This document shows, in pieces, positions 1-9,222 of a stretch of DNA of 64,000 bases. The first letter of the stretch is position 1. Every line of letters begins with the position of its first letter. The notes beneath the pieces were generated by a model that was not told where the DNA came from, searched no databases, and saw only the letters and a list, made by a program, of their open reading frames with translations. Source of the stretch: an uncultured Rickettsiales bacterium (GTDB taxonomy: Bacteria > Pseudomonadota > Alphaproteobacteria > Rickettsiales > SXRF01). The position numbers were made by a program, and so were the translations under genes. The DNA lies in NCBI GenBank assembly GCA_964405685.1, contig CAYOOP010000005.1:108713-172712 (forward strand), written 5' to 3'.

Positions 1-326
1 GCATCACGCATCGCTGCCAAATCAACGACGGCGGGGACGCCCGTAAAATCCTGCATTAATACGCGGGCAGGGCGGTAGGCGATTTCGCGGTCAGAGGTTT
101 TTTGGGCAATCCAAGCGCCGAAGGCTTCGATGTCTTGCTTCGACACACTGACGCCATCTTCATTACGCAGCAGGTTTTCAAACAAAATCTTGAGGGAAAA
201 CGGCAGTTTGGAGATTTCAAACCCGAGCGCTTTGGCGGCGACGGCCACATCGTAATAGTCATAGGATTTGCCGGCGGCGGAAATGGTTTTACGGGCGCCA
301 AAAGAGTTGAGCAGCGTGCGTTTCAT
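1..326 (-). CDS. acnA: Aconitate hydratase A, N-terminal part (gene runs off the left edge)
   Basis: Minus-strand ORF open to the window edge, so it is absent from the ORF track. ATG at 326-324 follows GGAGG. Hand translation MKRTLLNSFGARKTISAAGKSYDYY...REIAYRPARVLMQDFTGVPAVVDLAAMRD matches the conserved AcnA N-terminus. Confidence 0.85.
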   Translation of the reverse strand, partial: MKRTLLNSFGARKTISAAGKSYDYYDVAVAAKALGFEISKLPFSLKILFENLLRNEDGVSVSKQDIEAFGAWIAQKTSDREIAYRPARVLMQDFTGVPAVVDLAAMRD

Positions 327-500
327 GGGACTTGCCTCCAAAAATGGTCAATTAAGAGCTTACATTATTAGACTCAAAAGCTTAAGGCTTGGTTAGCGGG
401 GGTGGGGTTTTTGGAGCCAGTTGGGGTGGTGATAAAGGTTTGTTTACCACTTTGTGCGAAAGTGCTACCATCGTGAATCAAAAATGTGGAGGGTGGAACC

Positions 501-881
501 ATGATTAAGCCAACGTTGGGCTACCACGATCAATTGCGGATGATGGCTAATAAGGAGGTGGACGCGCTGCTCTCTCAGAGTGAATATTCTGGAATACTCC
601 CTCAGACGATAAAGGACATCCTTCATGTAGGCATAGATTTAAAGAAGGCAGTGGATGATGATTTTGTGAATCGAATCACGCAAAACGGGGAAACAGAGCG
701 TGTAAATTATCACAGCTATTTGCAAGACGGGGTAGGCGCAACTGTCGAATCATATGAGTGTGAGGGCAAGTATAGCGAGGTGCCACCAGATATTCTTAGG
801 CACTTGCTGAAGCGAGGTATGCAGATACGCAGCGATGTGGATTTAGTGAGGAAATATAACAAGGGTGCTCTTGAAAGATAG
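501..881 (+). CDS. Hypothetical protein (126 aa from ATG 501; the track ORF starts at GTG 486)
   Basis: ORF 486..881. ATG at 501 follows GGAGGG. No motif recognised. Confidence 0.5.
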   Translation: MIKPTLGYHDQLRMMANKEVDALLSQSEYSGILPQTIKDILHVGIDLKKAVDDDFVNRITQNGETERVNYHSYLQDGVGATVESYECEGKYSEVPPDILRHLLKRGMQIRSDVDLVRKYNKGALER

Positions 882-919
882 AAACCATCTAACATTGCCC
901 CAATCAATTGGGACTTCTA

Positions 920-2248
920 CTACTTTAGCACAAACACACATTCCCCACCCACCACGGTTCGTATCGCTCGGCCTCTGGTTTTCCAGCTATCAAACGGCGA
1001 GTTTTTTGATTTGCTCATGAATTGTTCGGGGTCGATCGTCCATTCGGCATTTAAGTCAATCAGTGTGAGGTCGGCGCGGGCGCCTTTCTTTAAGACGCCC
1101 ACCGGTTGGTGGATGATGTCGGCGGCTTTATAGGTCATGGCACCCAGCACGTCGCACAAGCTCCATATTTTGTTGTGGTAGAGGCCAAGCGAAAGCGGAA
1201 GCATGGTTTCCAGCCCCACGATGCCGAATGCGGCGGAGGTCAGCGGTACGCGTTTGCTTTCTTGATCGTGCGGCGCGTGGTCGGTGGCGATTGCATCAAT
1301 CGTTCCGTCAACCAAACCTTCGATGACGGCGAGGCGGTCTTTTTCAGCGCGCAAGGGCGGGTTCATTTTGCTGAAAGTGCGGTATTCGAGCACGGCTTCA
1401 TCAGTGAGCGTGAAGTGGTGCGGCGCGGCTTCACACGTGATGTTGGCGAGGCCACGTTTTTTAGCGCGTCGCACGGCGTCGATGGCTTCATGCGTAGAAA
1501 TATGCAGCACGTGATATTGCCCGCCGGTGAGTTCAGCTAAGATGATGTCGCGCTCGACCATCACCGCTTCGGCCGCGTTGGGTTGGCCGGGCACGCCGAG
1601 CTGGCTGGAGATTTTTCCTTCATTCATGCACGCGCCGCAGGAGAGGTTGAGGTCTTCCGCATGCTGCGCCACTGGTACGCCGAGTTCGCGTGCATAAGTC
1701 AAGGCTTTGCGCATCAAGCCAGCGTTCATCACGGGCAGGCCGTCATCGGTAAAGCCCACACAACCAGCTTCTTTCAGCAAGCCCATTTCGGTCAGTTCTT
1801 CGCCCTTCATACCTTTGGAGATGCAGCCGTAGGGCAGCACATTCACATAGGCCGTTTCGCGTGTGCGCTTTTCGATGAAGGCGGCAACGGTGACATCATC
1901 AATCACCGGCTTGGTGTTGGGCATGCAGACGACAGTGGTAACGCCACCAGCGGCAGCGGATTTACTGCCTGTTGCAATCGTCTCTTTGTGTTCCTGGCCG
2001 GGTTCACGGAAGTGGACTTGAATATCAAGCAGGCCCGGGCAAAGCACATGGCCGCCGCAGTCGATCACTTCGGCATCTTTGGGAATATCATTTGCGAGCT
2101 TAGCACCGAAGTCGGCGATTTGATTGCCGATTGTAAGCAGCGCGCCTTTTTCATCGAGCCCTGTTTTGGGGTCGATGAGCCGCGCATTGGTATAGGCGAT
2201 TTTTTTGTCTTTGGGGAGGGATCGGGTAGGGAGGGTGAATTGGGACAT
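920..2248 (-). CDS. pyrC: Dihydroorotase
   Basis: ORF 920..2272. Contains DIQVHFREPGQEHKETIATGSKSAAAGGVTTVVCMPNT and AIATDHAPH, the amidohydrolase metal-ligand motifs. Start probably at the internal MSQFTLP. Confidence 0.85.
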   Translation of the reverse strand: MSQFTLPTRSLPKDKKIAYTNARLIDPKTGLDEKGALLTIGNQIADFGAKLANDIPKDAEVIDCGGHVLCPGLLDIQVHFREPGQEHKETIATGSKSAAAGGVTTVVCMPNTKPVIDDVTVAAFIEKRTRETAYVNVLPYGCISKGMKGEELTEMGLLKEAGCVGFTDDGLPVMNAGLMRKALTYARELGVPVAQHAEDLNLSCGACMNEGKISSQLGVPGQPNAAEAVMVERDIILAELTGGQYHVLHISTHEAIDAVRRAKKRGLANITCEAAPHHFTLTDEAVLEYRTFSKMNPPLRAEKDRLAVIEGLVDGTIDAIATDHAPHDQESKRVPLTSAAFGIVGLETMLPLSLGLYHNKIWSLCDVLGAMTYKAADIIHQPVGVLKKGARADLTLIDLNAEWTIDPEQFMSKSKNSPFDSWKTRGRAIRTVVGGECVFVLK

Positions 2249-2301
2249 GCGGGGGTTATAACAAAATTGCATTTAAAGCGCAACTGGACTAGGAACTCTC
2301 T

Positions 2302-2682
2302 ATGTTCCGTGCGTTCTTCCTTCTACTTTTCCTTGCATTCCCAGCCTTTGCGCTGACGGTGGATACTCCACTTTCGGATACGGCCCAGGAGGCGCGGGCG
2401 AAGGCCCTGTTCCATGAATATCGCTGCGTGGTGTGTGCGAGTGAGGCGCTTTCGGATTCCCCGGCAGAGGTGGCGAAAGAGATACGCGCGTTCATTCGTG
2501 GAGAGATTTCGGCGGGAAAGACAGATGCCGAAATCACCGATTTTCTGATTGCGCGCTATGGTGATGTGATCTTGATGGAACCGCCGGTGAACCGGCAAAC
2601 GTATTTACTATGGCTCTTGCCGTTTGGACTATTGGTTGTAGGCGGTGTTTTTGCGATGCGGGTGTTTAAACCCCGCGCATGA
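2302..2682 (+). CDS. ccmH: Cytochrome c-type biogenesis protein CcmH
   Basis: 126 aa with a signal peptide, an RCVVCASEALSDSPA (RCxxC...DS) motif and a C-terminal TM helix. Confidence 0.75.
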   Translation: MFRAFFLLLFLAFPAFALTVDTPLSDTAQEARAKALFHEYRCVVCASEALSDSPAEVAKEIRAFIRGEISAGKTDAEITDFLIARYGDVILMEPPVNRQTYLLWLLPFGLLVVGGVFAMRVFKPRA

Positions 2683-3553
2683 TGGCTTGCATTTCTTCCA
2701 TCTCGCCGTTGCAGTGAAGGATGAGATCGCAGCCAGCGTTTAGGGCTTTGCGCGTGCGGGTTTCGAAATCGCCACTCAATGCTTTCATAGAAAGATCATC
2801 CGTCATCAGTATGCCTTTGAAGCCAAGTTCTTGGCGGATTAGGTTGATGCAGGGTTCAGAGAAGGTGGCGACTTCTTCTGCGTCGATTGCTTCATACACA
2901 ATGTGCGCGGTCATCGCATAAGGCAGATCGCTCAGTTCTTTGAAGGGCACGAAATCCGTGCGGCGGAGTTCGCCGATGGGAGCGTCAACGCGCGGTAATT
3001 CGAGATGGCTGTCTACCGTAGCGCGGCCGTGGCCGGGGATGTGTTTAAGCACAGGTTTGACGCCGCCGTCCATGAGGCCGCGTGCCATTTCGCGTGCAAG
3101 CGTTGCGACTTGGTCGGGTTCTAAACCGTAGGCGCGGTCGGAAATGATGGGGTCGGCGCCCGTGACAGGAATATCCGCAACAGGAGCGCAGTTCACGTTG
3201 ATGCCGAGCGGCACGAGCACGTCAGCGATTGCGCGTGCTTGGTCGTAGACTTGTTTGCAGGCTCCCGCTTCGTCTTCGGCGTAACACGCGGCGAGCTTGG
3301 CGGCGGGTTGAAATTCAGGCCAGTGTGGGGGGCGAAGCCGTGCGACGCGGCCGCCTTCTTGATCAATCAGAATAGGGGTTTGCGGGTGGCCGGTGATACC
3401 GCGCAGCGTGTCCGTCAGTGCGCGTACCTGTGCAGGGTTTTCAATGTTGCGGGCGAATAGAATATAGCCGTAAGGCATCGCCTCACGGAAAAAAGCGCGT
3501 TCATCACTGCTGATGCGCGCGCCTTTTAAACCGAAGATGACCGGTGCGGCCAT
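2666..3553 (-). CDS. nagZ: Beta-N-acetylhexosaminidase (GH3)
   Basis: 295 aa with IDQEGGRVARL, KHIPGHG and MTDDLSMKAL motifs typical of NagZ. Confidence 0.8.
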   Translation of the reverse strand: MAAPVIFGLKGARISSDERAFFREAMPYGYILFARNIENPAQVRALTDTLRGITGHPQTPILIDQEGGRVARLRPPHWPEFQPAAKLAACYAEDEAGACKQVYDQARAIADVLVPLGINVNCAPVADIPVTGADPIISDRAYGLEPDQVATLAREMARGLMDGGVKPVLKHIPGHGRATVDSHLELPRVDAPIGELRRTDFVPFKELSDLPYAMTAHIVYEAIDAEEVATFSEPCINLIRQELGFKGILMTDDLSMKALSGDFETRTRKALNAGCDLILHCNGEMEEMQAIMRGV

Positions 3554-4366
3554 TTATTTTACAGGCATACAGGCAGTTTTTCCGGCGAGTGCTGCGCAGG
3601 TAGATTTGGCATCTACGCCGGAAGCGCGTAGACGGTAAAACACGCCCTTATCGCCCAAATCAGCCTTCAGCACGCTGTGGCCTTTGCCTGAAAGGGTAGG
3701 GTGTTTGGAGAGTTTTTTCCAAGCGGCTTGCGCTTCAGCTTCCGACTTGAATGCGCCAAGTTGTACGACACCGCTGCCTGCTTTTGCTTTGGCAACGGGT
3801 TTGGCTGCGGCCGCTTTTTTCACCACTTTGGGAGCAGGTACTTCTACTTTTTCACCGGGTATGGCCGAAACGCTGACGCTTGGCACTTCTTGCGGGGTTT
3901 CTACAGGCGCAGCGGCTACGGGTGCTGGTGCCGGAGCGGGTTGCATTTGCACGGTTTCAGCTGTTGCAGGGGCAGATGGTGTTTCCGCAGCCGCAGGCGC
4001 AGCATTTTCAATGGCAACGGGTTGTTCGGATTCCGGCATGAGTTTTTCAGCCGGTTTATCAACCGCGCCGGGAGCGGAGGAAATGGTTTCGAAGACCGAT
4101 TTGTCTTGATGGGGGAACTGCATCCCGCCGGGGTCAAGTGGCGCTTCTTTCGTGGGTGTGTTATCGGCTTCTACTACAAGAATATCCTCATCTTGAACAG
4201 AGGTGCTGCCCGCTTGATAGGCATACCAACCCAGGGAAACGAAGCCTGCGAGCGCAATCAGTAACACGGTGGCGGGGACGATCTTGGAACCAGAGGATTC
4301 ATATTCCTCTTCGTATTCATCTTCCGGTTCGTCATCGAACTCTTGCTCCTGGTGTCTTGCGCTCAT
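3554..4366 (-). CDS. SPOR domain-containing membrane protein
   Basis: 270 aa: acidic N-terminus, one TM helix, an Ala/Pro-rich linker and a C-terminal VVQLGAFKSEAEAQAAW...FYRLRA SPOR-like domain. Confidence 0.7.
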   Translation of the reverse strand: MSARHQEQEFDDEPEDEYEEEYESSGSKIVPATVLLIALAGFVSLGWYAYQAGSTSVQDEDILVVEADNTPTKEAPLDPGGMQFPHQDKSVFETISSAPGAVDKPAEKLMPESEQPVAIENAAPAAAETPSAPATAETVQMQPAPAPAPVAAAPVETPQEVPSVSVSAIPGEKVEVPAPKVVKKAAAAKPVAKAKAGSGVVQLGAFKSEAEAQAAWKKLSKHPTLSGKGHSVLKADLGDKGVFYRLRASGVDAKSTCAALAGKTACMPVK

Positions 4367-6105
4367 GATCTTAATTCCTCCATAGGTTCAACGCCGAGTG
4401 TGTTAAGCGCGGAAGCAACGGTGTAAGCCACTGCTTTTGCGAGTAATAGTCGTGCGGCTGTTTCTTCTTTAGCATCTTTTTTCAAAAAGCGAAGTGATAA
4501 ATCGCTATTGCCCTGGTTCCATAGTGCATGGAACGAAGCGGCGAGTTCTTGCGCGTAAAAGGCGATGCGGTGCGGCTCGCCGCTTTTCGCGGCGGACTCC
4601 ACGACACTCGGCCAACGCGCAAGCTCGCGGATGAGTGCTAAGATATCGGCATGTTGTAGATGTGTGAGGAGTTTGGGGTCTGCCGTTTCGGTGAGCGCAA
4701 GCGCTTCAGGGAATTCAGCGGCGGCAATGCGCAAAATCGATTTTGCGCGGGCGTGCGCATATTGCACGTAAAACACCGGGTTATCGCGCGTTTGGGTTTT
4801 GACGAGGTCAAAATCGAAATCGAGCGGGGCGTCGTTTTTACGCGTGAGCATAATGAAACGAAACACGTCTTTGCCAACCTCTTCGACGACTTCGCGCACG
4901 GTGATGAACGTGCCCGCACGTTTGGACATTTTCATCGGCTCGCCGCCGCGCATGAATTTGACGAGTTGGCAGAGCTTGACTTCCAGATTCACCTTGCCAT
5001 CCGACAGAGCAGATACCGCAGCTTGCAGACGCTTGACATAACCGCCGTGGTCCATGCCCAGCAGCATAATCAATTGATCATAGCCACGATTGATTTTGTC
5101 GAATTGATAGGCGATGTCGGGAGCGAAATACGTCCATGTGCCGTCGGATTTCTTGACCGCACGGTCAGCATCATCGCCAAAGGCGGTGGCTTTAAAGAGT
5201 GTTTGCGGACGGGGCTCCCAATCTTCCGGCGGTTTGCCTTTGGGTGGTTCCAGCACGCCTTCGTAGATGAGCCCTTTTTTTGCCAACCGATTTATAGCAT
5301 CTTCCACCTTACCAGCATTGGTAATTGCGCATTCGGAGGTGAAGACATCGTGGTGAATGCCAAGCAATGCCAAATCGCTTTTGATGAGTTGCATCATTGC
5401 TTCAAGCGCATAATCGCGGACGGTGGGAAGCCAAGTTTTACGGTCCTGTGCTAGCAATGTGCGGCCATGCAGCTTTACCAGTGTTTCACCGATGGGCATT
5501 AAATATTCGCCCGGATATAGACCTTCGGGAATTTCACCAATGGTTTCGCCAAGCGCTTCGCGGTAACGTAGATAGACGGAGTCTGCCACCTTATCCACCT
5601 GTGCGCCTGCGTCGTTGATGTAATATTCTTTGGTGACGCTGTATCCGGCTTTAATCAACAATGTTGCAAGCGCGTCGCCATAGATATAGCGTGCATGCCC
5701 TACATGCATGGGGCCGGTGGGGTTCACTGAAACATATTCGACATTCACCTTGATACCTTCGCCGATACGCGAATTCCCAAAGCCCACTTGTTCTTTCAAA
5801 ATGGTGGGGATGAGTGCTGTCCACGTCTCGGGTTTGAGCGTGAGGTTAATGAAACCTGGGCCAGCGACTTCGGCTTTGGCGACTTCGGGTAAGGCTTGGA
5901 TGAGTGGTAACAAAGTCGCGGCGATTTCGCGGGGATTTTTCTTGAGTTTCGAGCTCGCGACCATCGCCGCATTGGTTGCGATTTCGCCGTGGGCGATGTC
6001 TTTCGTGGGGCTTGCCTCAACGCCAGGGAATTCCGTTCCCGGAAATTCCTTGGCGAGGATAGATTTTACAGCGTTTGTAATGGTGGCGTAAGGGGTCTGG
6101 CTCAT
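4363..6105 (-). CDS. argS: Arginine--tRNA ligase
   Basis: ORF 4363..6123. Contains SVNPTGPMHVGHAR (HIGH-type) and MSKRAG (KMSK-type) motifs. Start likely at MSQTPY. Confidence 0.9.
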   Translation of the reverse strand: MSQTPYATITNAVKSILAKEFPGTEFPGVEASPTKDIAHGEIATNAAMVASSKLKKNPREIAATLLPLIQALPEVAKAEVAGPGFINLTLKPETWTALIPTILKEQVGFGNSRIGEGIKVNVEYVSVNPTGPMHVGHARYIYGDALATLLIKAGYSVTKEYYINDAGAQVDKVADSVYLRYREALGETIGEIPEGLYPGEYLMPIGETLVKLHGRTLLAQDRKTWLPTVRDYALEAMMQLIKSDLALLGIHHDVFTSECAITNAGKVEDAINRLAKKGLIYEGVLEPPKGKPPEDWEPRPQTLFKATAFGDDADRAVKKSDGTWTYFAPDIAYQFDKINRGYDQLIMLLGMDHGGYVKRLQAAVSALSDGKVNLEVKLCQLVKFMRGGEPMKMSKRAGTFITVREVVEEVGKDVFRFIMLTRKNDAPLDFDFDLVKTQTRDNPVFYVQYAHARAKSILRIAAAEFPEALALTETADPKLLTHLQHADILALIRELARWPSVVESAAKSGEPHRIAFYAQELAASFHALWNQGNSDLSLRFLKKDAKEETAARLLLAKAVAYTVASALNTLGVEPMEELRS

Positions 6106-6232
6106 GGGGTGCCAGTTACACATCTAATGCTTGCTTTTTCAAGCAATTTTATAATTGCCTCATGGCTGATGAATCCTACTGGATTCAAATAACGACAGGA
6201 AGTATAAGGAACATTCAATCTATGGGGGATGT

Positions 6233-6757
6233 ATGAAAAAGATCGTTTTTGCTTGTATGTGTGTGGTTGCCCTGGCGGCGTGTAAGCAGAAGTTTGGCCA
6301 AAATACCTATGGAGCGGGTGAGGTGGGCATCAGCCGCGCGGTGGAGTTTGGTACAATTCAATCGGTGCGTGAAGTGAACATTAAGGGCAAATCCTCCGGT
6401 ACGGGATTGTTGCTAGGCGGTGGTGCAGGGGCGGGCGGTGGTGCGTATGCAGGCAAAGGCTCCGGCAAATCGTGGGCAACCGCAGGTGGTGCGGTGGCGG
6501 GCGCGGCGCTCGGTGAGGCAATTGAGCAGGAGATTCAAAATTCCAACGGCTATGATTATATTATCTTGATGCAAAGCGGCGAGACGAAATCCATCGTGCA
6601 GGAGAAGATTGAGGGCGATGTGGTGTTTAAACGTGGTGATAAAGTCATGCTGCAATATTGTGATGCGGGCAAACACCAGAAGAAATGCGCACAGAGCTTC
6701 CAGCGCTTGTTGCCTGTCGATAGCTTCCCGCCATATGTGAAGAAAAAGCGGCGTTAA
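6233..6757 (+). CDS. Glycine-zipper outer-membrane lipoprotein (SlyB-like)
   Basis: 174 aa with lipobox VALAAC and a Gly-rich stretch LLLGGGAGAGGGAYAG...AGGAVAGAALG. Confidence 0.55.
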   Translation: MKKIVFACMCVVALAACKQKFGQNTYGAGEVGISRAVEFGTIQSVREVNIKGKSSGTGLLLGGGAGAGGGAYAGKGSGKSWATAGGAVAGAALGEAIEQEIQNSNGYDYIILMQSGETKSIVQEKIEGDVVFKRGDKVMLQYCDAGKHQKKCAQSFQRLLPVDSFPPYVKKKRR

Positions 6758-6760
6758 TGT

Positions 6761-6848
6761 CGTCATTGCGAGGAGGCAGCGCCGACAAAGCAATCCAACC
6801 TTGTAGCTAGGAGAGATGCTGGATTGCTTCACTACGCTCGCAACGACG
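6761..6848. repeat. MITE-like palindromic element, family B, copy 1
   Basis: Terminal inverted repeats CGTCATTGCGAG / CTCGCAACGACG and an internal caatccaa...ctggattgcttc pair. Fills the gap between two convergent stop codons. Second copy at 39340-39433. Confidence 0.75.
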
Positions 6849-6849
6849 G

Positions 6850-8007
6850 TTATAAAGCGCCACTCTGTTTGTAGGGCCGCATCTCAAAAATTTGCATGTA
6901 GGTATCAAGCGCGTAGCGGTCCGTCATGCCCGCGATATAGTCGCACGCGACGATAGCGGTTTGTTTGGTATTTGCACCATCCGTCAGCTTGCGCCATTCG
7001 GTGGGGAGGCATTCGGGTTCGCCCAGAAAGAAATTGAACAGTTGTTCGATCACACGCTTGGCTTTGCTCGACATGCGGTTGATGCGATAATGGCGGTACA
7101 TGCGTTCCATCAGGAAGGTTTTAAGCGCCTTGTTGGTGCGTTCCATTTCGGCGGAAAAGGTGACGAGAGGGTTGCCAGAATTTCTTACATCATCAATCGT
7201 TTTGATATTCGCTTTTTTGATATTTTCGCCTGTGGCGGCGAGCAAATCCATACACATGCGGTTGATCAACCGACGTGCAGCTTCGTGGGTTAGACGTTGT
7301 GTAGAAATGGTGGGGTGTTGTTTGTTCACTTCCGCAAACACATTGCCTACTTCTGGCACAGCCATCAAATCTTCCGGTGTAAACAGGCCTGCGCGGATGC
7401 CGTCGTCAATGTCGTGATTGTGGTAGGCGATGTCGTCTGCGAGTGAGGCAAGCTGGGCTTCCAGGCTTGGGTAGAGCGAAAGTTCAAGTTTGTTGATGTG
7501 TTCGAAGTCTACTAGTGCGCGGGGCAAAGGTTTTTTCACTGGCCCGTTGTGTTTCACCAGGCCTTCCAGTGTTTCGTAGGTGAGGTTGAGGCCATCAAAA
7601 TCCGCGTAGCGATGTTCGAGTTTGGTGACGATGCGGATGGTTTGCGCATTGTGGTCAAACCCGCCGAAAGATTCCATCGCGGCGCTCAAACCTTCCTCAC
7701 CCGCATGGCCAAAGGGCGGGTGGCCAAGGTCATGCGCGAGTGCGAGGGTTTCGGCGAGGTCTTCATTGAGTTTCAGCGCGCGTGCCAGAGAGCGCGCAAT
7801 CTGCGATACTTCCAAACTATGGGTAAGCCGCGTTCGGTAGTGGTCACCCTCGTGGTTCACAAACACCTGGGTTTTATATTCCAGCCTACGAAACGCAGTA
7901 GAATGTAAAATACGGTCGCGGTCGCGTTGATGCGGGCTGCGCATGCCACATTCTGGCTCTTTCAAAAATCGGCCGCGCGAATTTTCTGGGGTAATGGCGT
8001 AGGTCAT
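6850..8007 (-). CDS. dgt: dGTP triphosphohydrolase-like HD-domain protein
   Basis: 385 aa with RTRLTHSLEVSQIAR and LAHDLGHPPFGH HD motifs. Confidence 0.8.
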   Translation of the reverse strand: MTYAITPENSRGRFLKEPECGMRSPHQRDRDRILHSTAFRRLEYKTQVFVNHEGDHYRTRLTHSLEVSQIARSLARALKLNEDLAETLALAHDLGHPPFGHAGEEGLSAAMESFGGFDHNAQTIRIVTKLEHRYADFDGLNLTYETLEGLVKHNGPVKKPLPRALVDFEHINKLELSLYPSLEAQLASLADDIAYHNHDIDDGIRAGLFTPEDLMAVPEVGNVFAEVNKQHPTISTQRLTHEAARRLINRMCMDLLAATGENIKKANIKTIDDVRNSGNPLVTFSAEMERTNKALKTFLMERMYRHYRINRMSSKAKRVIEQLFNFFLGEPECLPTEWRKLTDGANTKQTAIVACDYIAGMTDRYALDTYMQIFEMRPYKQSGAL

Positions 8008-8060
8008 GTGTTGAGGCTACACCATCATCTCAGACGCAGCAAGTTCAAGCTATTGGGTGA

Positions 8061-8570
8061 TTAAACGTAAGAAAATGCTGCCGCTGTAGCTTGCTGCCTA
8101 ATGATTTGTTTGAGCCGATCAGCAATTGACCCGCTGTCACCCTCTCCGGCACTCACTAAATTCTGCTCAACCAATGTGTCTACTAGTTTAGGTGTAAGAG
8201 ATTGGCTTAAGGCAACACGCATTTTTTGTGCGGTATCTGTAGAGATAATTCCGTGTCTAAGAAGATTGCCAACGGAATCGCTATCGCCGGTATAATAGCG
8301 ACATTGGGTATCTCCTAGGGTTGCAGACGCAAAACAATTTACATCCGATTTAGATAGATAAAACTCGTTGCCGGGTTGGAAAAATTGTTGTGTTTTAGTT
8401 TCAGCGGGATCATCTGTTGATTCAGGCTCCCATTTTAATTCGATGCATAGGGGTTGGTTATTTTCAGGAATTATTGATGTGTTGCGTCTGGAAATACCGT
8501 CTACCATAGCAATATCATTAAGGGTCTTCTCAACATCAGCGGTGGGAAAGAAACGTACTTGTGTGGGCAT
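8061..8570 (-). CDS. Hypothetical protein (169 aa), apparently AT-richer accessory gene
   Basis: ORF with a GGAGG RBS, 11 bp downstream of the small ORF 8582-8734. No motif recognised. Confidence 0.5.
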   Translation of the reverse strand: MPTQVRFFPTADVEKTLNDIAMVDGISRRNTSIIPENNQPLCIELKWEPESTDDPAETKTQQFFQPGNEFYLSKSDVNCFASATLGDTQCRYYTGDSDSVGNLLRHGIISTDTAQKMRVALSQSLTPKLVDTLVEQNLVSAGEGDSGSIADRLKQIIRQQATAAAFSYV

Positions 8571-8581
8571 AAAACCTCCGA

Positions 8582-8734
8582 CTATACCAGTTGTTCGTTT
8601 TGGGGCGCTCGCGCATTGCGTCGTAAGACGTCAATGCTGACACGGGGATCAGGGGTATTGTCGTTATACTTAGATAACGTCGGCGGTTTTAAATTTGGTT
8701 GTTCCAATAGACTTTTGTTTTCGTCGTTTCCCAT
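8582..8734 (-). CDS. Small protein (50 aa from MGNDEN) with a TPDP...APQN tail related to the tails of ORFs 10001-10924 and 11668-12219
   Basis: Track ORF 8582..8794. The internal ATG at 8734 follows GGGGGA. The tail TPDPRVS...APQNEQLV aligns weakly to TPDPKLRGGGTITGPQQAVNVRAY. Confidence 0.4.
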   Translation of the reverse strand: MGNDENKSLLEQPNLKPPTLSKYNDNTPDPRVSIDVLRRNARAPQNEQLV

Positions 8735-8797
8735 AAATATCCCCCGTGTTTTTAATTTGAAGGCGAAACTAAACCTTGCGGTGAATAGGGGCACTCA

Positions 8798-8822
8798 GAT
8801 TTTTGTGAAACTTTTGTGACAG
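8798..8822 (-). promoter_or_regulatory. Pho-box-like 7-4-7 direct repeat, copy 3
   Basis: Minus strand reads CTGTCAC-AAAA-GTTTCAC-AAAA, 63 nt upstream of ATG 8734. The same architecture recurs at 10994-11016 and 12294-12316. Confidence 0.45.
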
Positions 8823-8838
8823 TCGCGTTGGAGGTAGG

Positions 8839-8867
8839 TTTACATGGAGGTGTATTCGCACTATACT
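8839..8867 (+). promoter_or_regulatory. Candidate sigma70-type promoter of erpA
   Basis: TTTACA (8839-8844), 17-nt spacer, TATACT (8862-8867). The -10 element ends 7 nt before the erpA ATG. Confidence 0.3.
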
Positions 8868-8874
8868 CGAAGGC

Positions 8875-9222
8875 ATGGAACCAAGCACCACGCCGTTTTC
8901 CGTGACTCCTTCCGCTGCTGCGCGCATTGCTGAATTGCTGCGCGATGAGCCGGCGGGGTCGGCATTTGTTGTTTCTGTTTTGGGCGGTGGATGTTCAGGG
9001 TTTCAATACCATTTTGATCTCGCTGTGAAGCCGCTGGAAGCAGGCGATATTGTGATTGAGGGGCAGGGCTCGAAAGTGTTGGTGGATGAGACCTCGATGG
9101 GGTTGCTTGCGGGGTCGGTGCTTGATTACACTGAAGACCTCGCGCAGGCCGGGTTTTCCATTAAAAACCCCAATGCTACCGCCAAGTGCGGTTGCGGGAA
9201 TAGTTTTTCGGTGAGTGTGTGA
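8875..9222 (+). CDS. erpA: Iron-sulfur cluster insertion protein (HesB/IscA family)
   Basis: 115 aa with GGGCSGFQY and the C-terminal CGCGNSF cysteine triad. Confidence 0.8.
   Translation: MEPSTTPFSVTPSAAARIAELLRDEPAGSAFVVSVLGGGCSGFQYHFDLAVKPLEAGDIVIEGQGSKVLVDETSMGLLAGSVLDYTEDLAQAGFSIKNPNATAKCGCGNSFSVSV

Noticed and set aside
880-925. CCCAAT-CA-ATTGGG hairpin between convergent genes as a terminator
   Set aside because: A 6-bp stem with a 2-nt loop and no T-tract is sterically and energetically implausible as an intrinsic terminator.
3880-3896. Sigma-54 promoter-like strings (TGGCAC...TTGC), also near 10040 and 20890
   Set aside because: The GG-to-GC spacing is wrong (8 nt rather than 10), or the second element is absent. 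All are inside coding regions.
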